IMG/VR virus record: IMGVR_UViG_3300035390_000009
Span: 6,318-70,317 of that record
Reading direction: 5' to 3' (one strand)
Length of the DNA stretch: 64,000 nucleotides
Source of the DNA: a virus
The stretch's first letter is position 1; each line of letters opens with the position of its first letter. Of the stretch, positions 19,895 to 28,867 are shown one piece after another. Under the pieces are notes generated by a model. The model saw only the letters and a list, made by a program, of their open reading frames with translations. It had not been told where the DNA came from and made no database searches. The translations under genes and the position numbers were made by a program.

Positions 19895-20862
19895 TGATGA
19901 CAACTTATATAAAAAATATAACTGATACGATAATAACCATCAAAGACATGGGTTATTCAATTCCTCCATTAACTACTGTTAATTCTCAAGATTGTTGTAA
20001 TAATGTTGAATTATCTAAATCTGATGATTTAATTTCTAAAGTATCAATAGGAAGTATTAAAATAAATGATGGTAATAATGATCTTAGTATTAGTGCAGGT
20101 ATAAAACATATTCTTGGTCATAAAATGGATTATATCACTGATATTTCAGGAAAGCAAAGAGTCCATCAAACATCAAGAAAACTTGGTACCAGAATTATGT
20201 GGATAGGTCTTGGAGATGATACATCTGATATGAATAATGTAGGTGGTGGACAGCCATTTGATATTAAACATGATATAGGTGAAGGTGATCCAGAACATGT
20301 TTATATTGACTTCAATATAGCTACTAATGAAACATGGCTTCATGAAGGTTATATGACTTGGAAAGATTGTGATATGGATAGATTAACTCTTGAAATGGTA
20401 AGCAGAGCTACTGCTGGTCAAGCTGGTACTGGTACTAATTATAATCTATATAAAGGATATATGATTATTCCAGCAGCAGGGGATGGAACATTTGATATAA
20501 CTGCTGATATAACAGATCCTAATGCAGGACTAATTTATATGCCTAACAATGATTTAGGTAAGGCGCCAACAGCATTTTGGAATGCTGATTATAATTCAAC
20601 AACTAAATTATATGAAAATATTACTGCAGCTCCATATGGTGATGGAAGATATAATATGTTTCCAATGGAAATTGTTTTTGCCAGATTCTTAAATCATATG
20701 CCATTATTAGGTAGTGGATTTTTAGCATTAAATTCATCTGATACTGATAGAATGGGACAAGGAATGAGATTGAAAATGATTGCTAGTACTAATACAACAG
20801 TGGCAGATCATTCATGGGCAGTTGCCTGTTTAATGTGTATGCATAGAAACGCATCAGTATAA
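19894..20862 (+). CDS. Putative structural protein
   Basis: N-terminus (IKNITDTIITIKDMG...ELSKSDDLISKV) related to the 16032/17481 N-domain. Confidence 0.55.
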   Translation: MMTTYIKNITDTIITIKDMGYSIPPLTTVNSQDCCNNVELSKSDDLISKVSIGSIKINDGNNDLSISAGIKHILGHKMDYITDISGKQRVHQTSRKLGTRIMWIGLGDDTSDMNNVGGGQPFDIKHDIGEGDPEHVYIDFNIATNETWLHEGYMTWKDCDMDRLTLEMVSRATAGQAGTGTNYNLYKGYMIIPAAGDGTFDITADITDPNAGLIYMPNNDLGKAPTAFWNADYNSTTKLYENITAAPYGDGRYNMFPMEIVFARFLNHMPLLGSGFLALNSSDTDRMGQGMRLKMIASTNTTVADHSWAVACLMCMHRNASV

Positions 20863-20874
20863 AGGAGATCTATT

Positions 20875-21435
20875 ATGTGGTATAAAATAAAAAGTTTTAT
20901 TATAAAATGGTTTGGTGATATTCAGATATTTCCTTATCCATTTTTTATAATGTTTGGTCATACTGCTTATGAAATGAAAGGTGGAGATGTACAAGAAGTA
21001 TTAAATATTATTCAACCTGGTGATATTCTATTGAGAAGATATAATCATTATATTAGCGGTTTGTTGATTCCTGGATATTTTACACATTCTGCTATTTATA
21101 TTGGTTCTGGTAAAATAATACATATGTTAGGAGAAGGTATTGATAAACAAGATATTCTAACATTTTGTCGTTGTGATGAAGTAGCAATCATACATTGTAA
21201 TTCAGAACAAATTAATAAAATAGCCATCAAGAAAGCTATTGGTTATTTTAAGGATGAAACAGAATATGATTTTTCATTTGACTTCTTGGATGAAACAAAA
21301 TTTTCATGCACCGAGTTTATTGATACTATATTTGATCACCCAAAAATGGATAGGATAAAAGAAAATTATATAATGCCAGATGATTTTCTAACGCTTGATA
21401 ATTCAATTTTTTCAGTAAGTTATCGAAAAGGATAA
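20875..21435 (+). CDS. YiiX/YebB-like permuted NlpC/P60 papain-like enzyme
   Basis: QPGDILL, YFTHSAIYIG (His), YDFSF, FSCTEFI (Cys) in permuted order. Confidence 0.82.
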   Translation: MWYKIKSFIIKWFGDIQIFPYPFFIMFGHTAYEMKGGDVQEVLNIIQPGDILLRRYNHYISGLLIPGYFTHSAIYIGSGKIIHMLGEGIDKQDILTFCRCDEVAIIHCNSEQINKIAIKKAIGYFKDETEYDFSFDFLDETKFSCTEFIDTIFDHPKMDRIKENYIMPDDFLTLDNSIFSVSYRKG

Positions 21436-21442
21436 TATAATA

Positions 21443-21958
21443 ATGATTCTTGGTAAACTTGGAGAAGAAGTAAAAGAGGATTTCTCTGTTCTAGATATCT
21501 CCAATAATCTAGTTAGCGGAATTTCTTTGAATGAGTTCACCGCTCATTTATTTGATCCTTCTGATAACGAGGTATACGACTCAACATCCGTATCATTTAT
21601 AGAACTTGGTCATGGACATTATAGAGTTTCATATACTCCAAATCAAATTGGTAATTGGATGATGATCGTTTATCATATAACTCATTTTCCTTGGGGCAAA
21701 TCTAATACTATCCAAGTGTTTGCAAATGATTTTGATAGTATAGCTGTAATGTTACAAAAAGTATTAGGATTGGTGCAAGAAAATTTTTCAGTAGATATGA
21801 CTATATATGACGAGAATAATAATTTAACAGCTTCAAGAGTTAGAATTTATAATGATAGTAGTTCAGTAGGATCAGATAATAATGTTTTAGAAACATATTT
21901 AATGACCGCTGAATATAATGGTTTATTAATGACATCTTATAAAATGGAAAAAATATAA
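21443..21958 (+). CDS. Hypothetical, probably structural protein
   Basis: Ig-like pattern (IELGHGHYRVSYTPNQIGNW); overlapping stop/start with the next gene. Confidence 0.55.
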   Translation: MILGKLGEEVKEDFSVLDISNNLVSGISLNEFTAHLFDPSDNEVYDSTSVSFIELGHGHYRVSYTPNQIGNWMMIVYHITHFPWGKSNTIQVFANDFDSIAVMLQKVLGLVQENFSVDMTIYDENNNLTASRVRIYNDSSSVGSDNNVLETYLMTAEYNGLLMTSYKMEKI

Positions 21959-22179
21959 TGGCTGGAATATCACTAGTAACTAAAGGATTTATTTCTCCAG
22001 TTGGAAGTGGCAGTGGTAGTGGAAGCGGTGGTGCTGGATTTGTAAGACCACAAGAAGAGTTGCCAAAACCATTTATTAAGGTTACTGATGTTACCATTAA
22101 AGCTAACGATAGACCCTCAATAACAGAAGATACATTTAAAGTTAAATCTCTTAAAATAATAGTTGATCAAAAGGATTAA
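21958..22179 (+). CDS. Small hypothetical protein with Gly-Ser linker
   Basis: TAATG overlap; GSGSGSGSGGAG. Confidence 0.65.
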   Translation: MAGISLVTKGFISPVGSGSGSGSGGAGFVRPQEELPKPFIKVTDVTIKANDRPSITEDTFKVKSLKIIVDQKD

Positions 22180-22183
22180 AAGT

Positions 22184-23212
22184 ATGCTTAAACTAAATAC
22201 AGATGAGATAAGAAATCTTCAATTTGAGGTTTCTATACAGGGTATAAATTATGATGAATTGCAAGGTTCATTAAAATTTATAATTGAGGATGTAGAATAC
22301 GGAATCCCTGTAAAAATTCAAAGAGATTTAGTATCTGTAGAAGTTCCTCCGTTAGAAGAAATTGTTGCTAGAGGTATGAAAAATGGTGATATAGTTGAAT
22401 GTAAATTAGATATTTTTGGTAATGGATTTTATATTAACCCATGGGGTGGTCAGTTTGAATTATCAACTCCAGTTAAAATGGAAACCAAAAATTTTAATAT
22501 GAATAACAAACAGCCAGATAAAAAAATTGTTGCTGAATTAAAAGACCCAACTACAACATTATCTGAACCTATTGTTGAAGATTCTAAACCAAAAGAAATT
22601 TTAGATAAAGAAGCAATACTTGAAATGCTTTTTGAAAAATTAGAGGAACGAGGGTTTAAAACAGATGGTCATAAAATACCAGAAGCTATAAAAGAAACTA
22701 TTGAACAACCAAAAGAAAATAAATTATCCCGAAAAGAATTAGTTGAACAAAAAATAAGAAGTAAATTTAAAAGAGTTAATAGTCTTGTTAAAGAGGTCAA
22801 ATCATTAACAGAAGGGAAAAAGGTCATATCTAGTATTCAAACTCCTGCTACAGAAATAGTAAGAAACACTAATATTATAAATACTGATATGTCAAGTGTA
22901 ATGCAAAAAGTAGAAGAATTAAAAAGCAGAACTTCTTCAACTGTTGCACAACCAATATTACCAACTCAATTAAATAATCCAATTCAATCTGATCAATCAA
23001 TAGAACATGAAATAACTATTGACTATGAAGATCCTCACGTATTGATGGAATCAGTAGGAATGAAAAATCCTAAGATTCAACAAATCATGCTTGATAAAGC
23101 TATTGAGTTGGGTGGTGATGGAGATTCAGCAATATCACAAACATTAAAGAAATTATTAGGAATTGAAAAACCACAAGGTTATGAGGCATACCAAAATCAA
23201 AATTTTAATTAA
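22184..23212 (+). CDS. Hypothetical protein (N-terminal beta domain plus low-complexity/coiled region)
   Basis: Long ORF; ATG at 22184 preferred over the track TTG start. Confidence 0.75.
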   Translation: MLKLNTDEIRNLQFEVSIQGINYDELQGSLKFIIEDVEYGIPVKIQRDLVSVEVPPLEEIVARGMKNGDIVECKLDIFGNGFYINPWGGQFELSTPVKMETKNFNMNNKQPDKKIVAELKDPTTTLSEPIVEDSKPKEILDKEAILEMLFEKLEERGFKTDGHKIPEAIKETIEQPKENKLSRKELVEQKIRSKFKRVNSLVKEVKSLTEGKKVISSIQTPATEIVRNTNIINTDMSSVMQKVEELKSRTSSTVAQPILPTQLNNPIQSDQSIEHEITIDYEDPHVLMESVGMKNPKIQQIMLDKAIELGGDGDSAISQTLKKLLGIEKPQGYEAYQNQNFN

Positions 23213-23231
23213 TAAAAACAAGTGGGAGAAA

Positions 23232-23498
23232 ATGGCCAGATTAAAGTGTAAGATGTGTAAGGTTAAACGGAAATTGTGGGAGGATGGAAATTTCTTTGGG
23301 GTCAAATGTAAAAAACATTTTGTTCCATTAATTGTTTTAAAAGAACATAGAAATAAATTAACTATATCTGAAAAGAAAGAAGTATTAGAAATTATTAAAA
23401 CTAGATATAAGGGTTTATATATAGATGATACTATATCTGATTCTGACAATCATTGGCATATTCATCTGAGTAAAAAAAATAAATTATCAATGTTATAG
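23232..23498 (+). CDS. Small zinc-binding HIT-like protein
   Basis: CKMC...CKKH and C-terminal HWHIH (HxHxH); GGGAG SD before ATG 23232. Confidence 0.55.
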   Translation: MARLKCKMCKVKRKLWEDGNFFGVKCKKHFVPLIVLKEHRNKLTISEKKEVLEIIKTRYKGLYIDDTISDSDNHWHIHLSKKNKLSML

Positions 23499-23510
23499 GG
23501 AGTGTAGTAT

Positions 23511-24194
23511 ATGAAAAAATTAGTGATTTCGGATATTCATTTAGGAAGCCCTCTAGTTGAGAAAAAGTTAGAAATAATGAATTTAATGGAATCAGACGAA
23601 TATGATACTATAATTTTGAATGGAGATATTTTTGATATTTGGGAAAAATCTTTTAATAAAATCTTATTAGAGAATATAGATTTTGTAAAGTTAGTACATT
23701 CTGTATGTCTAAAAAAGACTGTATATTTTATTATGGGTAATCATGATCCTCATATGTTAGAAGTTATGAAATTATTTCCTGGCATGATAGTTAAAAGAAA
23801 TTTATTAATTCAGGATGATATATTTATAGTTCATGGTGATGAATTTGATTCCTTAGTTACTAAATATTCTCTGTTTGGTAAATTATTATTTATCCCAAAT
23901 TGGATAGCAGAAAGGCTTTTTGGATGGAATTTAAAAGCATCATTTAGAGAGTTTTTTTATTCTATTTCTAATAAAAAGAATAAACCATATTATGATAAAC
24001 TTGTTAATAATATAGAAAAAGAAGCATATAAAAAATATAAAGATCAATGTAGATATCTTATAATGGGACACACTCACACTCCAAAAATTGTTGAGGATGA
24101 AATATGCACTTATATAAATTGTGGTGATATAATTCATAATAAAGTTTGTATAGAGTTTGATAAAGATAAAAACTTCAAATTCATAAAGGTTTAA
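23511..24194 (+). CDS. Metallophosphoesterase (LpxH-like calcineurin fold)
   Basis: ISDIHLG, LNGDIFD, MGNHD, HGDEFD, GHTH motifs. Confidence 0.88.
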   Translation: MKKLVISDIHLGSPLVEKKLEIMNLMESDEYDTIILNGDIFDIWEKSFNKILLENIDFVKLVHSVCLKKTVYFIMGNHDPHMLEVMKLFPGMIVKRNLLIQDDIFIVHGDEFDSLVTKYSLFGKLLFIPNWIAERLFGWNLKASFREFFYSISNKKNKPYYDKLVNNIEKEAYKKYKDQCRYLIMGHTHTPKIVEDEICTYINCGDIIHNKVCIEFDKDKNFKFIKV

Positions 24195-24198
24195 ATAA

Positions 24199-24792
24199 AT
24201 GGCTGATATAATTCTAACTGGTAATTCAAGTGTTTTAAGTATTGTTTCTAATTCACTTATTCTATCGCTTGCAATTAATGGTTCTTCTACTATAGAAGGA
24301 AATGTTGTATCAACCATAGATATAGGTGAGTACACATATGTATCTTCTTCAATAACTATAATGTCTAATATTTTATTAAATAATTTAAATATTGAAATGA
24401 TATTATCTGGTAATTCTATTATAGATACAATTATAACACCTTCTATAAATATTGGAATTATTGAATTATTATCTGGTGATTCTATTATAGATACAATTGT
24501 AACAGCTTCTATAATAGATATTGGCAGTGATGAAATTTTATCTAGTAATTCTATTATAAATACAGTTATAACATCTTCTATATATATTGGTACTAATGAA
24601 TCAATAAATGGAAATGTCCATATTCATTCTAATGCAGAAGCTATTATAATGATTAAATTCAGATGTGTTAACTGTATGTTAAGCAATCTCATTGGAGGTG
24701 TAAAATTTTCTCCAGGTTGCAATAGAACAGTTAGATTTCAAGATCCTAATATTACAACTAGTTGCAATATGTATAAATATAAAGGAAAATAA
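24199..24792 (+). CDS. Short member of the 22-23 aa repeat protein family
   Basis: INIGIIELLSG / IDIGSDEILSS / IYIGTNESING repeats; MADII N-terminus as in 50145. Confidence 0.7.
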   Translation: MADIILTGNSSVLSIVSNSLILSLAINGSSTIEGNVVSTIDIGEYTYVSSSITIMSNILLNNLNIEMILSGNSIIDTIITPSINIGIIELLSGDSIIDTIVTASIIDIGSDEILSSNSIINTVITSSIYIGTNESINGNVHIHSNAEAIIMIKFRCVNCMLSNLIGGVKFSPGCNRTVRFQDPNITTSCNMYKYKGK

Positions 24793-24793
24793 A

Positions 24794-25039
24794 ATGACAC
24801 TGGTAAATGAATATTTAGAATATATACAAGAAGCTAATAGAAAACAAAAATCTAGAACTACCATTAGTAGGCAAACAAAAATTAAAAGATCTCAAGGTCA
24901 ATTATCAACTTCTATGGCAAGAAAGGGAAATGATCCTTTATATAAAATGATGAAAAAATATTGTGATATGTGTAAAAGTTATAGAACAAAAGTTCATAAA
25001 AAATATGCTGGTAGAACTCGATCCCAAGCCAGAAGATAA
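24794..25039 (+). CDS. Small basic protein
   Basis: Overlap-type coupling; K/R-rich. Confidence 0.7.
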   Translation: MTLVNEYLEYIQEANRKQKSRTTISRQTKIKRSQGQLSTSMARKGNDPLYKMMKKYCDMCKSYRTKVHKKYAGRTRSQARR

Positions 25040-25046
25040 TTTATAC

Positions 25047-25088
25047 AAAAAAAAGTTTGGGTCCTATATAAGCGACCCAACTTTTTTT
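25047..25088. terminator. Bidirectional intrinsic terminator
   Basis: AAAAAAAAGTTTGGGTC-loop-GACCCAACTTTTTTT between convergent genes. Confidence 0.8.
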
Positions 25089-25290
25089 AAACACCTTTAC
25101 CGTTTCCAGTAAATGCTTCTTTAAACACCTTAAGCATACCAATAACAACTATAATTCCTGCCCCAAGAAAAAACAAATTCATAATACATTCCTTAATAAC
25201 TTCAGCATTTCCAAAAAATGTTGAAACTCCAAAAAACAGCAATAAACAAAACATAAACACTTTCATATTACACCCTCCCTTTTTTTTCAA
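25087..25290 (-). CDS. Small membrane protein
   Basis: Two hydrophobic segments. Confidence 0.6.
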   Translation of the reverse strand: MKKKGGCNMKVFMFCLLLFFGVSTFFGNAEVIKECIMNLFFLGAGIIVVIGMLKVFKEAFTGNGKGV

Positions 25291-26296
25291 GTTCTATACC
25301 TTTATTAATCAATTGAAGGACTTTAACCATAGCAGTTCCAAGCAATAGAAAAGACTTCCGAAAAAACACAAACATGAAAATATAACATGCCCCTACAACC
25401 AAAGCAACATCAAGACCATACATAAGAAAAGAAACCCAAAGAGACATAAAGAGAAATAGAATAACTATTTTTACTTTAGCAATATCAATCCTCTTTTTAA
25501 GATCAGCTTCATTTTGTTGATTTTGTTGATTTTGTTGATCTTGCTCATGCTGTGATTTTGCCTTGAGTTTGCTATACTCTTTGGTAAAGATTTGATCGAC
25601 TTCTTTTTTATCATCAATCATCACTTCTAATTCAAGTAAATGCTTTTTAAAAAAGTCTACCCTCTTGCAATTTTCAGCTTTAGTTTCCTCTCTAATACCT
25701 GTTACTATGTCGGCAACCACTCTTAAATCACAAATAAAATTATGATTTTCTGTCAAGATGCCTTCAATTCTATCCCTCCAATCTTCAAGACTTTCTTCCT
25801 CATTAAGTCTTGGAAATTCATTAATTATTTTGACCTCAACACCTTTACTAATTTTGTTCTTAATTGATATATAATTTTTCATTCTATCAATAAAAACTTT
25901 AGTAGATTCATTAGACCGTTTAGTAATTATAGTAGATTCATTAGCAATAAATCTAAAATAATGCTGAGTTATAGATTCAGTAAATCTTTTTTCAGACCTA
26001 CGTTCTAACTCTTCATCAAAACAGCCATTGGTTAAAAACTCTTCTAAGTCAGAGATTTCAAGATGCCTTGCTTGAAGAATTGATGGATGCTCGCCATTCC
26101 TGAATCCAACCATATAGCAAACAAACTCAGGAGTCATTTTGTAAGAGTTGAATCTTTCATAATGTGCTATAAAAGATTCACCAGTCTTACGAGTTTTGAT
26201 TTCCTCCCAGTTTTTATCAGTAGCAATTAAAACTCTTTTTAGAAAATCATCTTTACTTTCACCAGGACGTTTATCCATAGTCAATGTATTAATCAT
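25268..26296 (-). CDS. Hypothetical protein with C-terminal TM helices
   Basis: True start likely ATG at 26296 (AGGAGG SD); repeated R.GES.EDF/W..R motifs; two C-terminal hydrophobic segments. Confidence 0.75.
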   Translation of the reverse strand: MINTLTMDKRPGESKDDFLKRVLIATDKNWEEIKTRKTGESFIAHYERFNSYKMTPEFVCYMVGFRNGEHPSILQARHLEISDLEEFLTNGCFDEELERRSEKRFTESITQHYFRFIANESTIITKRSNESTKVFIDRMKNYISIKNKISKGVEVKIINEFPRLNEEESLEDWRDRIEGILTENHNFICDLRVVADIVTGIREETKAENCKRVDFFKKHLLELEVMIDDKKEVDQIFTKEYSKLKAKSQHEQDQQNQQNQQNEADLKKRIDIAKVKIVILFLFMSLWVSFLMYGLDVALVVGACYIFMFVFFRKSFLLLGTAMVKVLQLINKGIELEKKGRV

Positions 26297-26327
26297 AAAA
26301 CCTCCTATATATTTAGTACAAATTTTT

Positions 26328-26356
26328 CTATCTATCTTACCAAATAATATATATAG
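26328..26356 (-). promoter_or_regulatory. Candidate promoter, motif B (CTATCTATCTT..N..TAATATATATAG on the + strand)
   Basis: Near-identical 29-mers at 26328, 26904 and 30284, each just upstream of a minus-strand gene. Confidence 0.6.
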
Positions 26357-26510
26357 CATATTGAACTATATTGAATAGAATTATACTGAACAAACCCTAA
26401 AAATATCACCTAAAAATCTATCCATTAAAGACCAAAATTCTATATATATTATTTAACAATTGTGTTGTGTTGTGTTTGCTTTTTTTATTGTTTAATTGAA
26501 GGAGAATATA

Positions 26511-26765
26511 ATGTTATATTTACACGTACTAGATACCCATGATGATGACTTTCCAATTAAATCAATGTTTGTAGAAAATGAAGACTCATGTAGATTAGCC
26601 CAAATGATCTCATTAGCTGAACTAGATAATATAGTTATAGTTAATAGTATTGAAATTGATAGAGATACTTTAAATAAAAGAATAGTAAAAATTCAACATA
26701 TATTTTTAAATGGAAATGAAGATGTTATATATCCGGAAACATTAAAAGTTGACAAAAAAAATTAA
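26511..26765 (+). CDS. Hypothetical protein
   Basis: GGAG SD before ATG 26511; CTATATATATT motif at 26440. Confidence 0.6.
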   Translation: MLYLHVLDTHDDDFPIKSMFVENEDSCRLAQMISLAELDNIVIVNSIEIDRDTLNKRIVKIQHIFLNGNEDVIYPETLKVDKKN

Positions 26766-26791
26766 GATGTAGAGTCTCAATTTTTTTTGTT

Positions 26792-26878
26792 TTAAATTAT
26801 TACAATGCCAATCAATCCAACAATACTTATCAATGTGGATATAACTACCCATAGACTTGAACTAAAAAAGGTTTTCAT
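26792..26878 (-). CDS. 28-aa hydrophobic peptide (not in track)
   Basis: MKTFFSSSLWVVISTLISIVGLIGIVII*, AGGAGG SD, downstream of motif B. Confidence 0.5.
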   Translation of the reverse strand: MKTFFSSSLWVVISTLISIVGLIGIVII

Positions 26879-26903
26879 TTGACCTCCTAAAAAAGTAATT
26901 TTT

Positions 26904-26932
26904 CTATCTATCTTAGTTATTAATATATATAG
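26904..26932 (-). promoter_or_regulatory. Candidate promoter, motif B
   Basis: CTATCTATCTTAGTTATTAATATATATAG. Confidence 0.6.
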
Positions 26933-26949
26933 ATAGTGGATTTTATAAT

Positions 26950-26965
26950 TAGAACAAAATAAAAA
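26950..26965 (+). promoter_or_regulatory. Candidate promoter, motif A
   Basis: TAGAACAAAATAAAAA upstream of small ORFs at 26974 and 27081. Confidence 0.5.
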
Positions 26966-27080
26966 GGATTATCATGAAAGATTTTATAATATGGTTTTTA
27001 ATAGTTCCTCCTACAACTTGTTGCATATTTTGGGTCATGGTTAAAACTATATTATACATAATTAATAAAGGAAAATTAAT

Positions 27081-27233
27081 ATGAATAAATCAGAGATAAA
27101 AACTAAATTAAATAAAGTATTTGAAATGACTTCTGCCGCCGGTGGTATTGTTGGTATAGAGAATCTCCATGATAAAAAAGTTAAAAAAAAGAAACAACAC
27201 AACGAGGACATATTGGGTCATGACAAGGTTTAG
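27081..27233 (+). CDS. 50-aa basic protein (not in track)
   Basis: MNKSEIKTKLNKVFEMTSAAGGIVGIENLHDKKVKKKKQHNEDILGHDKV*; AAGGA SD. Confidence 0.55.
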   Translation: MNKSEIKTKLNKVFEMTSAAGGIVGIENLHDKKVKKKKQHNEDILGHDKV

Positions 27234-27306
27234 ACGCGATTTAAAGGGGTTTGCCATTATTATAATATCCATATATCATAATAATGGTAACCCCTTATAT
27301 ACGCGT
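27234..27306. terminator. Long inverted repeat between convergent genes
   Basis: AAGGGGTTTGCCATTATTAT...ATAATAATGGTAACCCCTT with outer ACGCG arms. Confidence 0.7.
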
Positions 27307-27323
27307 TTTATTTTTTCCTTCCT

Positions 27324-27743
27324 TTAAATTTTAATATTAAAATTTTTAAATTTTTCCTTCATTAATACACCAGCTGATATGGTATACGCTGTTGCAATTA
27401 GTATAAGAGGTATGTTCCAATTGTAATCCTCTGGATGAAATACCATTTCAAGAGACAGACCAAGTACGGCGCCACCTCCAACTCCAGTTAAAAGACCCCA
27501 AGCCCACCATGCCGCTTTAAATGCAATCTTTCCTGCAATTCCAAAGTTGCCGAAAATGAATGCTATGATAAGCATAATGACAGTTGTTAGTCCAATGCTG
27601 CTCAATGAAACCCACCACTTGGCGAGGAATGATTTTTCCTCAACACAGAAGGTTCCAATGATGGTCATAAGAATAACTGACAAAGTAAAATTAATAACAT
27701 TTGATATTGTCTTTCCTTTTATTGTCAAACCAATTTTTTTCAT
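27324..27743 (-). CDS. Multi-pass membrane protein
   Basis: Four hydrophobic segments. Confidence 0.7.
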   Translation of the reverse strand: MKKIGLTIKGKTISNVINFTLSVILMTIIGTFCVEEKSFLAKWWVSLSSIGLTTVIMLIIAFIFGNFGIAGKIAFKAAWWAWGLLTGVGGGAVLGLSLEMVFHPEDYNWNIPLILIATAYTISAGVLMKEKFKNFNIKI

Positions 27744-27744
27744 T

Positions 27745-28014
27745 TTATTGTTTCCTCCCTTTCCATAAAGTTAAATCCTTTCCACATTTAGGACAGTGGT
27801 ATCCCATGTCAGGAGTTTCACTCTTTCTACAAGTGATATTTGTCCCTACCCCGTCACAGTGAGGATCCCAACATGTAAATTCATAGAGACTCTTTTCACC
27901 AAAAGCTTCTGGTGGAGCATCATGAATCGGGCACCCAACCTGGTCTTCATAGTATGGCAAATCCTCATATGATCTTCCACACTTCCTACATTTAACCCCT
28001 TGTAGTACAGCCAT
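27745..28014 (-). CDS. Zinc-finger protein
   Basis: CRKC, CPIH, C...C, CPKC; AGGAGG SD. Confidence 0.7.
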   Translation of the reverse strand: MAVLQGVKCRKCGRSYEDLPYYEDQVGCPIHDAPPEAFGEKSLYEFTCWDPHCDGVGTNITCRKSETPDMGYHCPKCGKDLTLWKGRKQ

Positions 28015-28025
28015 ATGAAACCTCC

Positions 28026-28475
28026 TTATACAATAAGAAATCCGCCTTTGGATTTTCCATCCTTGGTTAAAAATTTGTCTTTACATCTGCCATTACATTT
28101 GCAAATAACTCGAATCCCATGATCTTCGGCATATGTAGTATCACCGTTTTCATCCAACCATTCGGTTGCCGTCCACACTGCATGATGTTTTCCATCACAC
28201 CCATATGCGAACATCTTACGTTTCAGATCTTTACTCATAGCTCCGTTACGGGAACTAAAAATATCAAACCCTGGCATGATTTCCGAGTAGTATCCTTCCC
28301 AGAAAAGATCAAGATCTTCTACAGAACCTTTATAATGTAATCTCCCACTCTGGGCAATATGATCAGTTACATCCTTGTTATATTCAAGAATTTGACAATT
28401 CAATCCCCACTGGTACCAATCGGTATTGATTGAGGCAATTGATTTTAGTTGTCTTTTTATTTTAGTTATTTCCAT
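28026..28475 (-). CDS. Hypothetical protein
   Basis: ATG at 28475 with GGAGG SD. Confidence 0.7.
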   Translation of the reverse strand: MEITKIKRQLKSIASINTDWYQWGLNCQILEYNKDVTDHIAQSGRLHYKGSVEDLDLFWEGYYSEIMPGFDIFSSRNGAMSKDLKRKMFAYGCDGKHHAVWTATEWLDENGDTTYAEDHGIRVICKCNGRCKDKFLTKDGKSKGGFLIV

Positions 28476-28485
28476 TGAAACCTCC

Positions 28486-28662
28486 TTAATCACATTCACA
28501 ACATTCGTTTGGTTTGTTGCACATCATGCACCAGATATCACCATCATCTGTTAGACATGCCCCCATACCCAATTGTGCTCGCTCTTGATCTGTAATTGGT
28601 TTCTCTAGATCACTTTCGCTGATTTCTCCATCAAGGAGCTTTTGAGCAATTTCTTTTTTCAT
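28486..28662 (-). CDS. 58-aa protein with Cys-rich tail (not in track)
   Basis: MKKEIAQK...GACLTDDGDIWCMMCNKPNECCECD*; fills the gap between neighbours. Confidence 0.65.
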   Translation of the reverse strand: MKKEIAQKLLDGEISESDLEKPITDQERAQLGMGACLTDDGDIWCMMCNKPNECCECD

Positions 28663-28673
28663 TTGAATTTCCT

Positions 28674-28856
28674 TTAATAGAATGGGTTAGGAATATATTT
28701 AAATATAATCATGTATGAAACTATTATATAAACACAAGCAATAAAACCAAATATGGAAGATATATGTTTTCCTTGTATAGCATAATCTGCCACGTTCATA
28801 GCGATATCAAAAATACACATAATTCCTACCAACGCTATAATAATTTCAGGCTTCAT
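28674..28856 (-). CDS. Small two-TM membrane protein
   Basis: GGAGG SD; hydrophobic. Confidence 0.65.
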   Translation of the reverse strand: MKPEIIIALVGIMCIFDIAMNVADYAIQGKHISSIFGFIACVYIIVSYMIIFKYIPNPFY

Positions 28857-28867
28857 ATTTAATCCTC

